Assembly (NCBI GenBank): GCA_051294375.1
Contig: CM119265.1
Coordinates: 14,732,963 to 14,796,962 of the forward strand
Length of the DNA: 64,000 nucleotides
Origin: Paraspadella gotoi
Lineage: Eukaryota; Animalia; Chaetognatha
Direction: 5' to 3'
The position numbers and the translations under genes are program-made. Each line of letters opens with the position of its first letter. The stretch's first letter is position 1. Below are positions 39,839 to 51,592 of this stretch, in pieces. The notes under the pieces were generated by a model. It did not search any database. It worked only from the letters and a program-made list of their open reading frames with translations, and was not told the DNA's origin.

Positions 39839-42816
39839 CACGGTTCCTTTTTACATCGATTTAATCGGCATGGAGTGCACAAGAATGAGATGTCCCGGGA
39901 TACGTTTCCGGACCTTTGGGCTATCACAAAAAAAAGGGTAATCAAATTTTCCTAATGACAGTTTTTTTATAAATTAATATTAAAATTAGCTATATAAAAT
40001 CAATAAAGTAGAATAAAAAAAATTTAAAAAATGGTTTAAATTTTTTTTAAAAATGAAAATATCATGCATCATCCATAATCTATGAACAATTTTCTTCGTT
40101 TGAGTCCATAACCATTATTCTATCTTTAATAGTTTATTTGTAATTAATTTTTCTTTATTAAAATATTATTTTAATTTTTTTTCAAATAATTTAAATTAAA
40201 AAAAATTATAACTATGCAAATGATTGAAGAAAAATTTTATATTATAAAAGGACTTACCTACCTAATATAGGCCTTCAAATACATAAATAGTAAGTTTATT
40301 CTGATGAATGTTTTGACATAGAAATAAATAATTTATAAAATTAAATATATGAAAAAAATTTTTAACTTTGAATTTTTTTTAGCATAATAAACATAATTAT
40401 GAATTAATTGTTCATGATGCTTTTAATAGCTACTAGTCAGTTGGTATCATTCTCAATTATAATAATTTGATAACTTCTTTTATTTTTAGTAATACGGACT
40501 GCTATATTTACTTACTTTTGACAAAATCAAAAAATCACTGGTATTAAAAATTATGTATGAAACAGACGAAAATTTTTTTTTAAATCACGTGCTATTTAAT
40601 TGTTTGAACTGATATAATATTATACTTGGACAAAATTTAAAAAGTTTTAAACAATCCCAACTAGACATTTTTAAGGTTGTCAAATGTATAAATATTTGAT
40701 ATTCGGACTGCTTTGTAGGTTTTAACTTATTCAGTAGCCTTTTTAATATGACAGAAAAGCAGTATATTTAACAGTTTTTTTTATTTGGAGTGGGCATCAA
40801 AGTTCTAATACATATTAGCATCAGTATATTTGTTAAGTATAGTAGATTCCTTTATAGATTTTTTAATTTTTGAAAATGTTTTACTTTTTTTTCTATAATT
40901 TTTTTGACATGCAAAATGTTTCTTTGATTACGCGAAAGAGAATGTAAAAAATTAAAAATAAATAGTACAATAGTTAGAGTTATGTCTAGAATAGATGAAA
41001 AAAAAACCTTGTTTAAAAATTTGATCGGGAAAGTGGGGTAACTAAGGCTTACCAACGGTATCCTCCATGCTGATCGTTCTCTCAATTTTTTAATTTAATA
41101 CATTTGAAAGGGAAAAAAATAAAATTCAGAATGCAGTGCATAAAGGGTAGAGAAAATCTTGTACATAGTGACATGATAATAATGACCTTTTATGTCTTGG
41201 GTAATGGGGGTGGTAAAGAAACCTTAAAAAATGCAATCATTAAGTCAGTCAGATGAAACCCTTTTCGCGAATTTTTTTTCTTAATTAAAATGAATGATAA
41301 ATAATAGAATTAAATTCCCTTTATAAAGGTTGTTATATTTAAAAGAAAATTAGCAATACAATTCAACACAATGATGTCTTGCTTTGTCAAATATATCAGC
41401 AGTTAAGTAATTTTTTAAAATTTTATTATGATAAACAAGCAGTATATCAAGCTTTTTCTTTGCAGTTGAAGATAATGAAAAATGATTATTTTTTTTTCAC
41501 AGACAAGAAGGTAGACGTCCAGACTGTTTTATATCAAGCTGAAAACATTTTATTATTTATCATTTTTCATATTTTAAAAAAACATTTTATCAAGCTACTA
41601 CAATTTTTTGCTTGTTTTTTACTTTAACTGAAAAATACAAGCAAATTTATAAAGTAGAGAAAATTTAATGGTAATTAAATGTAATTCAGACTATCCTCTT
41701 TCAATTTACAAAAGAAAAACAAAAATTTTATATGCCTTCATTGAAATTTGTAATGCAAAAAACTGTTTTATACTTTTTAACTCGTATTTAATATAAAACT
41801 GTGTAAAGATTTATGGATAAAATTTAACAAAACTGTTCTAGAAATGTGTCCCATGATAGGGCTTTAATTTGATACCACACCCACCTTGCTCCCTCTTTTT
41901 TTCAAAAGATATTCAAGAAAATAACTTTTTTTATACTTTTTGCATCTTGCAGTTTTTTTTTAAACAACCTAACTTTTGGCCTTAAAAATGTCTAGTTGGG
42001 ATTGTTTAAAACTTTTTAAATTTTGTCCAAGGATAATATAATATCACTCCACAAATTAAATAGCATCTGATTTAAAAAAAAGTTTTCGTCTGTTTCCATA
42101 CATAATTTTTAATATCAGTAATTTTTAGATTTTGTCAAAAGTAAGTAAATATAGCAGTCAGTATTACTAAAAATAAAAGAAGTTATCAAATTATTATAAT
42201 TGAGAATGATACAACTGACTAGTTAGCTATTAAAAGCATCATGAAACAATTAATTCATAATTATGTTTATTATGCTAAAAAAAAAATTCAAAGTTAAAAT
42301 TTTTTTCATATATTTAATTTTATAAATTATTTTATTTTCTATGTCAAAACATCATCATAATAAACTTACTATATATGTATTTGAAGGCCTATATTAGGTA
42401 GGTAAGTCCCTTATAATATAAAATTTTTCTTCAATCATTTGGCATAGTTATAATTTTTTTTAATTTAAATTATTTGAAAAAAAATTAAAATAATATTTTA
42501 ATAAAGAAAAATTAATTACAAATAAACTATTAAAGATAGAATAATGGTTATGGACTCAAACGAAAGAAAATTGTTCATAGATTATGGGTGATGCATGATA
42601 TTTTCATTTTTAAAAATATTTAAACCATTTTTAATTTTTTTTTATTCTACTTTATTGATTTTATATAGCTAATTTTAATATTAATTTATAAAAAAACTGT
42701 CATTAGGAAAAATTTGATTACCCTTTTTTTGTGTAGCCCAAAGGTCCGAAACGTATCCCGGGACATCTCATTCTTGTGCACTCCATGCGATTAAATCGAT
42801 GTAAAAAGGAACCGTG
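39839..42816. mobile_element. Non-autonomous CMC/Chapaev-like DNA transposon, 2978 bp, with ~840 bp TIRs
   Basis: Ends are CACGGTTCC...GGAACCGTG. TIRs lie at 39839-40676 and 41980-42816. A 4-bp duplication TATG sits at 39835-39838 and 42817-42820. The 1.3 kb AT-rich core has no transposase ORF. CAC..GTG ends with a 4-bp TSD are Chapaev hallmarks. Confidence 0.8.
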
Positions 42817-43970
42817 TATGTGTTTTATTCGATATTCTTCTGGGAAGGACTTCGAGTGAAAAGATAAGGGGTATTCGACCCCGTCAGCAGTGGCTGTGAT
42901 TAGTCCACCCATTGCTGTGGTGCTGGCATCAGCATAAATTTTGTAAGCACCTTGTCTTATTCTTTGGTCGTTAAAAAGTTCAAGCCCGGTGATGTTTTTT
43001 ATTTCTTCTATTAGAAGTTGTAACATTTCACGGTGGCTTTTGGTGAGTTTAAAATCCTTGTGATCTAGCAGGGTAAGAGCATGTAATGGCTGTGCTATGT
43101 ATGAAAACCTGTGGGTGAAACACCATGGCTCTCAGGTCCTTTTGAGTCTTCAAGTCCTTGAGTTTAATCTCCGCAGCTTCTAGCTTCTCTTTCTGGGGCG
43201 GGAGCTTGCTGTTAGAGATGCTGAACCGAGAATCTTGATGTCTTCCTTCCGGAAGTAGCACACTTTTGGTCCACTTCAGCACGACATTCTCGTCTCTGCA
43301 TTTTTGTAATAATTCCCGAAGTCTTTCTGCCATGTCTTCAGCAGATTTTGCTGTGAGGATTAATGAGGTTCGACAATGTTTTCAGTTTCAAGGCCCATCT
43401 CTGCCTTTGCCTCGGTTGTTATAAGAGGAAACGCATATCCCATTTTCCAGCCTTGGCTTCAATGTCGATGCCTTCTCTAATGTTGTCGCCGTTTGCTGCG
43501 TGGATGTTTTTGCCATCTTTTGATTGAATATCCACCTGGCATTTGCTAATGTTTTCCAGTATGTCCGGTCAGCAGTTAAACTCGTTTGGCCGTCTTTATC
43601 TTTTTCAACATGTAGTGGGAGTTCAATTCGATCATCGACATTTCTTCTTGCCATCCATCTGGCTGCTTTCAGGGCTTTGTGCTTGTCATGAAACAAATGG
43701 GTGATTGGTTTCCCATCCATTGTTGCCATCTGTAGGTCTGTCCTTGTTTGAGCTGGCTGTACTATCCACATTTGGTTTTGTGGCCCAGGATTGGTGATTG
43801 CGGTGCCAATGATAATATCCTGGTCATCCTCATCTGCTGAGATGTAAAATACAGTTTTTAGGACCCAGGTTTGAAACATTATTCTGATGTTGATCACGTC
43901 GATCAGGGAAATGGTTCCAGTCGCGGTTGAAAGCTTTAAAGGCCTTCCTTGGTAGATTTGGGTGGCTAAG
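42817..43970 (-). pseudogene. pol: Internally deleted Gypsy pol fragment of the same family (protease C-half, RT C-terminus, RNase H N-half)
   Basis: LSTATG..FYISADEDDQDIIIG (retropepsin), CRDENVVLKWTKSVLL and YADASTTAMGGLITATADGVEYPLSFHSKSFPEEYRIKHI closely match the + copy protein. Confidence 0.9.
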
Positions 43971-43981
43971 AATTAGGGAAA

Positions 43982-44857
43982 GAAATAGAGTGTATCCTAC
44001 GAGGATGGCTGGAAACGTATGGATATAAATCAGAAGGCACCGCTTGTCGCTTCATAAATTCCGTGAAAGACAACGATCGTCAAATCCTCACGGACTCGCT
44101 CCTGAAGAAGGGTCTGAGCGACAAAAACCCTGCCGAAAGCGCGAACGCCCTCTACCAAGGCGCAATGATGCAAGAAGCAAATAATACGCGTGAGCTCATG
44201 GAGAAGCTCACCAAAAGCATGTCGGCGATCCAAAGGGCCGTCGAAACCAAGAAGGACGACTGAAGATGGAGAGGACGCCAACCTAGAGACACGAGACGCC
44301 CCGAGTGGCGCGACAGACGTGAAGGGGGGAATGACAAACGCTGGCAGGGCAGACAGGCCCGCACGGACAGAAATTTCAGACGAGATAAAATTGAATTCAG
44401 GCGCAGAGACGCAATTGTAACTGACGAATTAGATGATGTCCAAAACACAAATAAAGCTTTCGAAAATTACGATTACTTATTTTTACCATGCCCAAAGTCA
44501 GAAAAAGGAAAGCCCCCGGAAAGGGCCAAAGCGGCGAAGCTAGCAAACGACGCCGCTGACAGAATCAAAAACGCCGCAAAGAAATGGCAACCGTCTGATG
44601 CCCTGGCGAAATTCTCCGACTGCGCCAAGACAGCGATCAAATACAGGGGCAAAGACGCAGCAGCTAGACTATACAAGTTATTTGCCCCACTAGGGGTTAG
44701 AGACAGACACCTGTTAGCCACGGCCATAGTTAAGGAATCAGAGGTCCCATGGAAAAGCTTCTCCGTGAAAGACAAATTCGCACATGTAAAACGCTTAAAA
44801 GCAACAACGCAACGCAACAACGCCAACACCTCCACAGCACGAGGCAGTCATACCTAA
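43982..44857 (+). pseudogene. gag: Gag-like region (5'-truncated, one in-frame TGA at 44261)
   Basis: One frame runs from EIECILRGW through an Arg-rich nucleocapsid-like stretch to TAA at 44855-44857, directly upstream of protease. Assigned mainly by position. Confidence 0.6.
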
Positions 44858-44891
44858 GCAAAACAAGGCCAAGGCGAGACTCAGAACTTTC

Positions 44892-47316
44892 GTGGAATTC
44901 AGTGGTATAAAGTCAAGAAGAATGATTTACAACCCGACTTACACAATCGTTGGAACAAACCAGGGCGAGTCCCTACATCAGGAGACGATCAGGAGGATTG
45001 AACGCCTTTGCCACAAACCCGAAACGCTCACGCTGCCCGTCACAAAGGAGGAATCTAGAAGGGATGAACAAAGGCCCCCGCGCTTACCCGACTCGCCGCT
45101 AGAGGCACCTCGTCCAACAGGAAAAACAAATGGTCCAAAACCGAGGGACGATACGGGTAAAGGCTTTAGGCACGCGGGAAACAACTACATCCCAGCATTA
45201 ATAAATGGAGCCCCGGCCAGCTGCCTACACGACACGGGCGCCTCCATAAACACGATACCGAGAAAAGCAGAGCGCCCTCAGGGCCGCCAGTTGGCTGGCC
45301 AGACAATACGTAGACGACAAAACAGAAATCCCCCAAAATTCCAAAACGAATGGCACCGCGGGCGCCAAGGTAAGAGCAGCCCGCACATATTGGAAATCTC
45401 TAGCCGATTCGAAGTGGCTAATGGAATCAACAGATGGAAAGACTGTAGTAACAGTGACAGGGAACGACCTAAAAGAAGGAGTAGATCTCCCCGGAAAACC
45501 TGGCACTTGGGGATCAGCCAGGATAATCATTGCAGAAAACGCAGCCAGAGAATTAGGTTTAAAACCGCACTGTGCAGGCAGACCCGTGGATGCCGACTTC
45601 ACGGGAATAGAACCCCGACTGCGGAAGGCATGTAGAACGGAAATCCCTCCAACAACAATTATAAGGCACGTACCCTCAAAGGAGGAGATCGAACAGGCAG
45701 ACAAAGCTAGAAGCAGAAGAAGACAAAATCATGACGACAGAGGACGCGAGGCCTTCCTAAAGCCGTTCCAAGAAATAGACCCATCCCTCAGCGAGAAAGC
45801 GGAAGAGGTGCTAAACGTGGTCTGGGAATACAGAGATGTATTCGGCGAATCGATAAACGACTGTAAAGGTTTCCTAAACTACAAAGTCGACCAAGGCTTC
45901 ACGACAAACAACCTACCCAAACCGAGATTCATGAACCAAGGTACGGTAAAGAAAGCCGCTCTAAAGAGATACCTAGAGGTATACGAACAGGCAGGCGTCG
46001 TCTCCAGGATGACAGGCGAAGCTTACTCGAATGCCTTCCTGATAAAAAAGCCAAACCACATCAAAGAGGGTCAAAACGAAATTATATGCGACCTCTCGGC
46101 GGTAAATAACATTTCAACCTTCGCCACTGAGCCACAAACAATTGCATCCATCCTGGAGCAATATAAACCTCACGAGCTCCAATGCTCAGTAGATATTCTA
46201 GCCTGTTTCCATCAAGTAAACTTAACAGACAGATGCAAGCCTGTAACCACCTTCGCCGGCGCGGGTCAAAACTGGAAAATGAACAAACTCCCGATGGGGG
46301 GAGTAAACAGCATAAACAATACTCGACGAGATCTTCGCAGAATTAGGATGGGACGTCAAAAGCTTCCTCATCTACGTGGACGACCTGATCCTTACTTCGA
46401 AGTCACCGGAAGAAATGGCAGACTGAGGGAATTCCTCGAGATTTGCAGAAAAGAAAATGTGGTCCTCAAGTGGACGAAAAGCGTGCTCCTGAGGAAGGAC
46501 GACATCAAGATCCTTGGCTTCAGCATCTCGAAAGATAAACTAAAACCACAGAAGGAGAAGTTAGAACAAGCCGAACTGAAACTGAAAGAAATCAAGACGC
46601 AGAAGGAACTGCGCGTGCTGCTAGCATCACTAAACTACTACAGGTGCTTCACGCACCGGTTCTCGTATCTGGCACAACCACTCCATGCGCTAACACTAGT
46701 TGACAGGAAAGACTTCGAGTTCAAGAACGAACACAGGAAAGCCCTGGAAACTCTGGTAGAGGAAATTAAATCAACACCAGGACTAAATTTCCTAAATGAT
46801 GCAAAAATCAAAAATGGCGAATACAAAATATACGCCGACGCAAGTACAAGCGCCATGGGAGGCCTAATCACTGCAACCGCAAACGGAACCGAGTACCCCC
46901 TCAGCTCCCACTTGAAATCATTTCCTGAGGAGTATAGAATAAAACATATCAACATCCTAGAAACGCTCGCTTTTAATATGATGGTGAGAAAATTCAAAGG
47001 TTACATCTGTGGAAGAAAGGTCAGCCTAGTAACAGACTCACAGTACTTCAAAAGAGTAATGGACCAGCAACACGACAAACAGCAACTGCTCCCGACAAAC
47101 GTGTTACGCTGGATAACGGAGATACGACAGGAATGCCACCCCTCCGAGATTATCTTAGTAAAAAGTGGCGACAATCCAGCGGACTTCTTAACCAGATTCA
47201 CAGACCAAAATCAAATCACGCCGCAGGGTTCGACATCAATGGCAGTTACGAACCAGGATTCACTGAAGAACCCTTATCAGGCGAGTCATGGCCAGGCCAC
47301 CTGGAACTCAGAGTAG
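44892..47316 (+). pseudogene. pol: Pol: aspartic protease, reverse transcriptase and RNase H (frameshifted)
   Basis: LHDTGAS has its D at 45231. RT motifs are NAFLIKKP, CDLSAVN, DILACFHQV and LPMG, with YVDD at 46373-46384 in a shifted frame. RNase H motifs are YADAS (46831), E, TDSQ and NPADFLTR. Confidence 0.95.
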
Positions 47317-47690
47317 GCGGAGCCCCGATACTCGGAATTATAGCCGATGCGCTGAACATCGATGAAAAAGGTTTTCGAACAAAATTCTCCGAGTTTATGA
47401 AGAACCAATTCACTCACCAGAGGGCGAACATAAGAAAACTATATGGCACACCGAAAACAAAAGACGTGTGCACATTTATCAGAACGATCTCATCGAAAGA
47501 CTGGTCACTGGGACACCCTGAACTAGAAGCACTAGCGGAAATGACAGGGATTTGCATAAAAATATTAGACGAGGACAGCACCTCGCAGGCCGGCTGTAAA
47601 TACGAAAAGGTGTATGGTGGGGGAAAGAAAAGAGAAATTAGAATCTTCAGAACAGCCACAGGCCAAGCATCAGTGATCAGCGACACTGAA
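47310..47690 (+). other. OTU-like (deubiquitinase fold) domain inside pol, catalytic Cys/His apparently absent
   Basis: GGAPILGIIADAL..FRTKFSEFMKNQF..FIRTISSKDWSLGHPELEALAEMTGICIKIL..YG..REIRIFRTATGQASVI follows the OTU pattern DGNCLFRAxAxxL..WGGxxELxALA..I.I....YG....I.L....HY. Confidence 0.6.
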
Positions 47691-48256
47691 AGAAGGATCA
47701 GAGCTATTAGACAGCTGGTAGACGGACCGCGCACTAATAACGAAATATTAAACATCGGGCTGGAACACAGAATCGAAGAGGAAAGAGCCTACCGCAGACG
47801 AGTGCCCAGAGCCAGAATCGCACCGGCACCGATAATGAGACCGTCATCAATGCTTCCTGCCGACACGAGGCCGGCAAATCAGAACCGGAGAAGAACGCCT
47901 GGGCCGCCACTGAAAACGCCGAGCGAGGTAGACAGAGACGAGGCGGCGCCGCCAAACTCGGAAATAACGGAAGCAGGTCCGGACGGCCAAAGCCAAAGAG
48001 GTCAAAGGAGCAATGCACCGGAACCAGACGAACAAAGGGGTGCGGGACCCCCATCCCAAGACGACCAGCCACCAGAAAGAATAGCGGGCCCACCCAATTC
48101 GCCCGACAGAACCGAACACGAACAACCAACCAGACCGGAAGCAAATGAAGTCGGTGAAAGCCGAAACTCACCCGAGCCACTCACAGAGATATAAAAACCG
48201 ATGCGAATCAAAACACAGAGATAACCACAGATTCGGCCATCGAAGCTTCGGTTGAG

Positions 48257-49114
48257 GTGGACGAAATCGACCTCAAAGAGGACTTACTAAACAACATCAG
48301 GCGTGACTCCTCATTAATGCCAATGAGAATGGAGATAAAAAGCTGGCAAAATGAATATAGCGAGATCAAAGACGCCAGAGAAATATACAAGAACCATGGC
48401 GCAGGAGGCCTCAGAACACACTTAGAAGCGGGGGAGAGGAAATCACTTACGCCCACACAAGCATTCCTCCTCCGAAACGTAGATGACTTAGAGATAACCA
48501 AGGATGGAATCCTTTGCGTCATCGGATTCACCGCCACAAGTCGCTCAACGAGATGTATTATTCTGCAGGAAAACCTGAAGGAGGTAGTAAAGAAAATACA
48601 CGAAAAGCTTGGCCACCCAGGTAGAGACCGTTCAGCTTACCTGGCTGCACAATACATAGCGGCCCCAAATATGGTAAACTCATGCGGAGAAATGGTACTC
48701 GAGTGCGACCTCTGTAGGCGCGCCACCGACGAGATGCAATTTAACGAAGCGGAATCGAGACCGACAGCAGCGCGAGTCCCCTGGGAATCGCTAAGCATCA
48801 ACGTCATGCACTTACCTCCCAGTGGGGGTTGCAATCACGTCCTAGTAGCCTCGGACAACGCCTCTGCCTACACCTGGGCGATTCCACTAAGGCGTGCCGA
48901 CGCACAACATGTGATCAAGGTCCTCGACGCAAATATATTCCTACTACACGGAAACTATCTAGAAATAAACTTTGATGGCGCCACGTTGCTGAATGGTGAA
49001 GAGATGAGAAGCATACTAAATCTACTAGACATGAGCGGAAGACGAATCCTAGTTTCGAGGAAGAATAGTAACCGGGCCGAGAAACAGGAAGAAAGAGAAA
49101 AATGTCATGACTAA
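48257..49114 (+). pseudogene. Integrase (HHCC zinc finger plus core; C-terminus lost in an A-rich low-quality stretch)
   Basis: IHEKLGHPG...CDLC, PWESLSINVMHLP (first D appears as N), NFDGAT and NRAE. Confidence 0.9.
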
Positions 49115-49650
49115 CTCATAAATCCAAAAGAAAGGAACAAAGTGCGAAGACAACTTCAAGGTAAAAGTAAAAGAAACTAAAGCTAAACAAAGGAAAACAA
49201 CAAAGCAGAAAGAAAGAAAAGAAAGATAAATCCGAAGTAGAAATAGGCCAGAATAGACAGAGAAAGACCCAGTTCTTCCTCAACCCAACTCACCGGGAAA
49301 ACGCCGGCCGATCGCGCTACGATCGCCCGGAGGAGGAAGGGGGCAGACCAGACGCTCGAGACGACGATAGAACGAACGACGAGCCACGAGCGCCTGAGAA
49401 GAAGCGAACAAAGCTTAGAAAGCTCAACCGCTCAAAGCTATTTTCAATTAAACAAGTAAGACTCGAAAGAAAAAAATAGAAAAAAAACGAAACAATCTTT
49501 TGTTTTCAAAGAGAAAAAAGAAAAACAAGCGAACCCAACTAAGTGCAAGAGAAAACTAAATAAAAAGAGAAAAGAAACAAAAGACCTCATAAGATCAGAC
49601 AAGGGTTGAAAATAATAGAAACCTAATAAGCAATATTAAACCCAAACAGA

Positions 49651-51528
49651 ATGCAGACCGAAACGATCGTGTTAATCCTCGCGGTAGCCACAGTAACAGC
49701 CGGAACCATGCTCATCGGAGAAAACGGGCATGGAATACTCAAACAAAGGATAGAGGTCTACGACTGCAACACCACATCTGACCACACGGCTATTGCATTA
49801 GACGAAAGAGAATGCGAAAAGGCAAACAAAGTCAAGGAAGAATTGCGCATGGCTCACCTGATATTCCACCCAGACGACCTGGAACACGACGGGTATGGAT
49901 GCGACCTCGTCATCGTCGCCACCGGACGCCTCTGTGGTAGGTGGAGCATCCAATACCCGAACATAGATGCAATCAACCACTTCAGTCTGGAAAGGCAGGA
50001 ATGTTTAGATCTGCACGCCGGAAAAAAAATCACGCTGAGCAAGATCCCGATACTTATGAGCGACAGAGCCGGCGTCCTTCAACCCATACAAATCGAAGGA
50101 AAGGAAGGAACCAACCTGATATCTCATCAAGTAGGAACAACGGACGCAGACGGCAGCTGCACAGGCGAGTCATTAAAGTTCCATGGACGGTTGTATACCT
50201 CCGAAAAAGCCAAGCTGGCCTCAAATCTCACCCTGTACAAAAGAAAGGTCAGGGTGGTGGACAGAGTAAATTCAAAGGCGGGATCTTGCGATGTAGCAAA
50301 GCAACAATGTAGTTATCCAGGCGGAATCATTGTGTGGGACGACGCCCGATGCAGAGCCGTGGTCGGACATACCGGAGGGATGTATCGATCCCAAGATGGA
50401 ATCGTAAGGGCGGTCTCCGAAGCCGACATCCGGAAAGCCATCAACCGATGCCACGACGCAAATGGAGCTCCAGCCCCGTGCGGGGACCTGCTGAGGGGAG
50501 CTGACCGATTTGGAGGATGTTGGACGAGTTGTTCAGAGGCTAGGTATCCTGATACCGCCAAGGCATTGGAGAGGTGCATGGTCATGTGCGGCGGCACCAG
50601 TGACGCCGCCTTCACCCTCAGATTGACCGGAAGGAAGACGAGAATCTCCAGCTGCGGATTGGTGGTGGACGAAAGGTCCTCACCGCATTTCTTCTACGCG
50701 GAAGGCCGGATCCAAGGCCTGAAGCGAGATACCTCGGTGATGGAGGCGCTCCACGAGACGGCATCAAAGCTCGCGCAGGACAACCAGAAAAACATTGACT
50801 CTCTCACCAAGGCCGTGCGACAAGAGCTCTGCGTGACGCGAGCACGCGAGGCGAGGACAGCAGCGATCGAAGCTCATCGCTCGCCAGCGGCCACCGCTTT
50901 CGTCGACCGCGGCGAAATCGCCGTCCTCCGTGGAGAATTGTTGGTCACCGCGAGGTGCCGACAAACGCTCGCTCTTCGTCGAGAGACCAAAGGATGTTTC
51001 CAGGATCTGCCCATAACGTTCGGGGGACGCGAGGCGTATCACCACACCTTATATCATCACGTGATCGACTCGTCCTTCGAAACGCCTTGCTCGCCTCCCC
51101 CGGTGTATCAACAAGGAAACAAATTTGTGGACAATGACGGAAACCCATTCGAGAAGTACCAGACGCTCAGAACCACGCTTCCGGACGCCCAGCATCACGT
51201 GACCAGTGAGTCCTCGATCTAAGAGGTGGGCCAATTTATGGACCGCCATGCCAAGTTTAGCGGACAAACCCAGAGGTTCAACGAACGCCTGGGCGAGATC
51301 ACCGCCGGATCGCCGTCATCATTTATCCGGCGGATGTTCGGTGATTCCTCGCTAATCGAAATCTGGAACTGGTTAGTGAACCTGGCCTCCCTCATGGGCA
51401 TCGTCGCCATTGGAGGAGTGGTCGCGCTGTGCGTCTGCTGCGGCTGCTGCCAATGCGCCACCGGGTGTATCAGGCGTCAAGCGGAAGCGGTCGGGAGGAA
51501 TGTCGACGCCACCATCGGACGAGCCTAA
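49651..51528 (+). CDS. env: Env-like type I membrane glycoprotein (~625 codons, one in-frame TAA at 51220), chuvirus-G/class III fusion-like
   Basis: Signal peptide MQTETIVLILAVATVTAG, YDC motif with an NTT sequon, Cys-rich ectodomain, RGE..C....R....CFQDLPI...C.PPPVY block, and a C-terminal TM followed by a CVCCGCCQC cluster. ORFs 49651-51222 and 51226-51528 are in the same frame. Confidence 0.85.
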
Positions 51529-51592
51529 GGGCGCTAAAAGGATTCGGCGCCATTCTAAGACCTGGCTCCTCGTCACGGGCGGCGGGGGGGCG

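Noticed and set aside
40677-41979. Transposase within the Chapaev-like element
   Set aside because: Only short AT-rich ORFs with no DDE or zinc-finger motifs.
49115-49640. A-rich stretch as an extra ORF or regulatory region (similar block at 39100-39460)
   Set aside because: It replaces the expected integrase C-terminus and looks like low-quality base calls.
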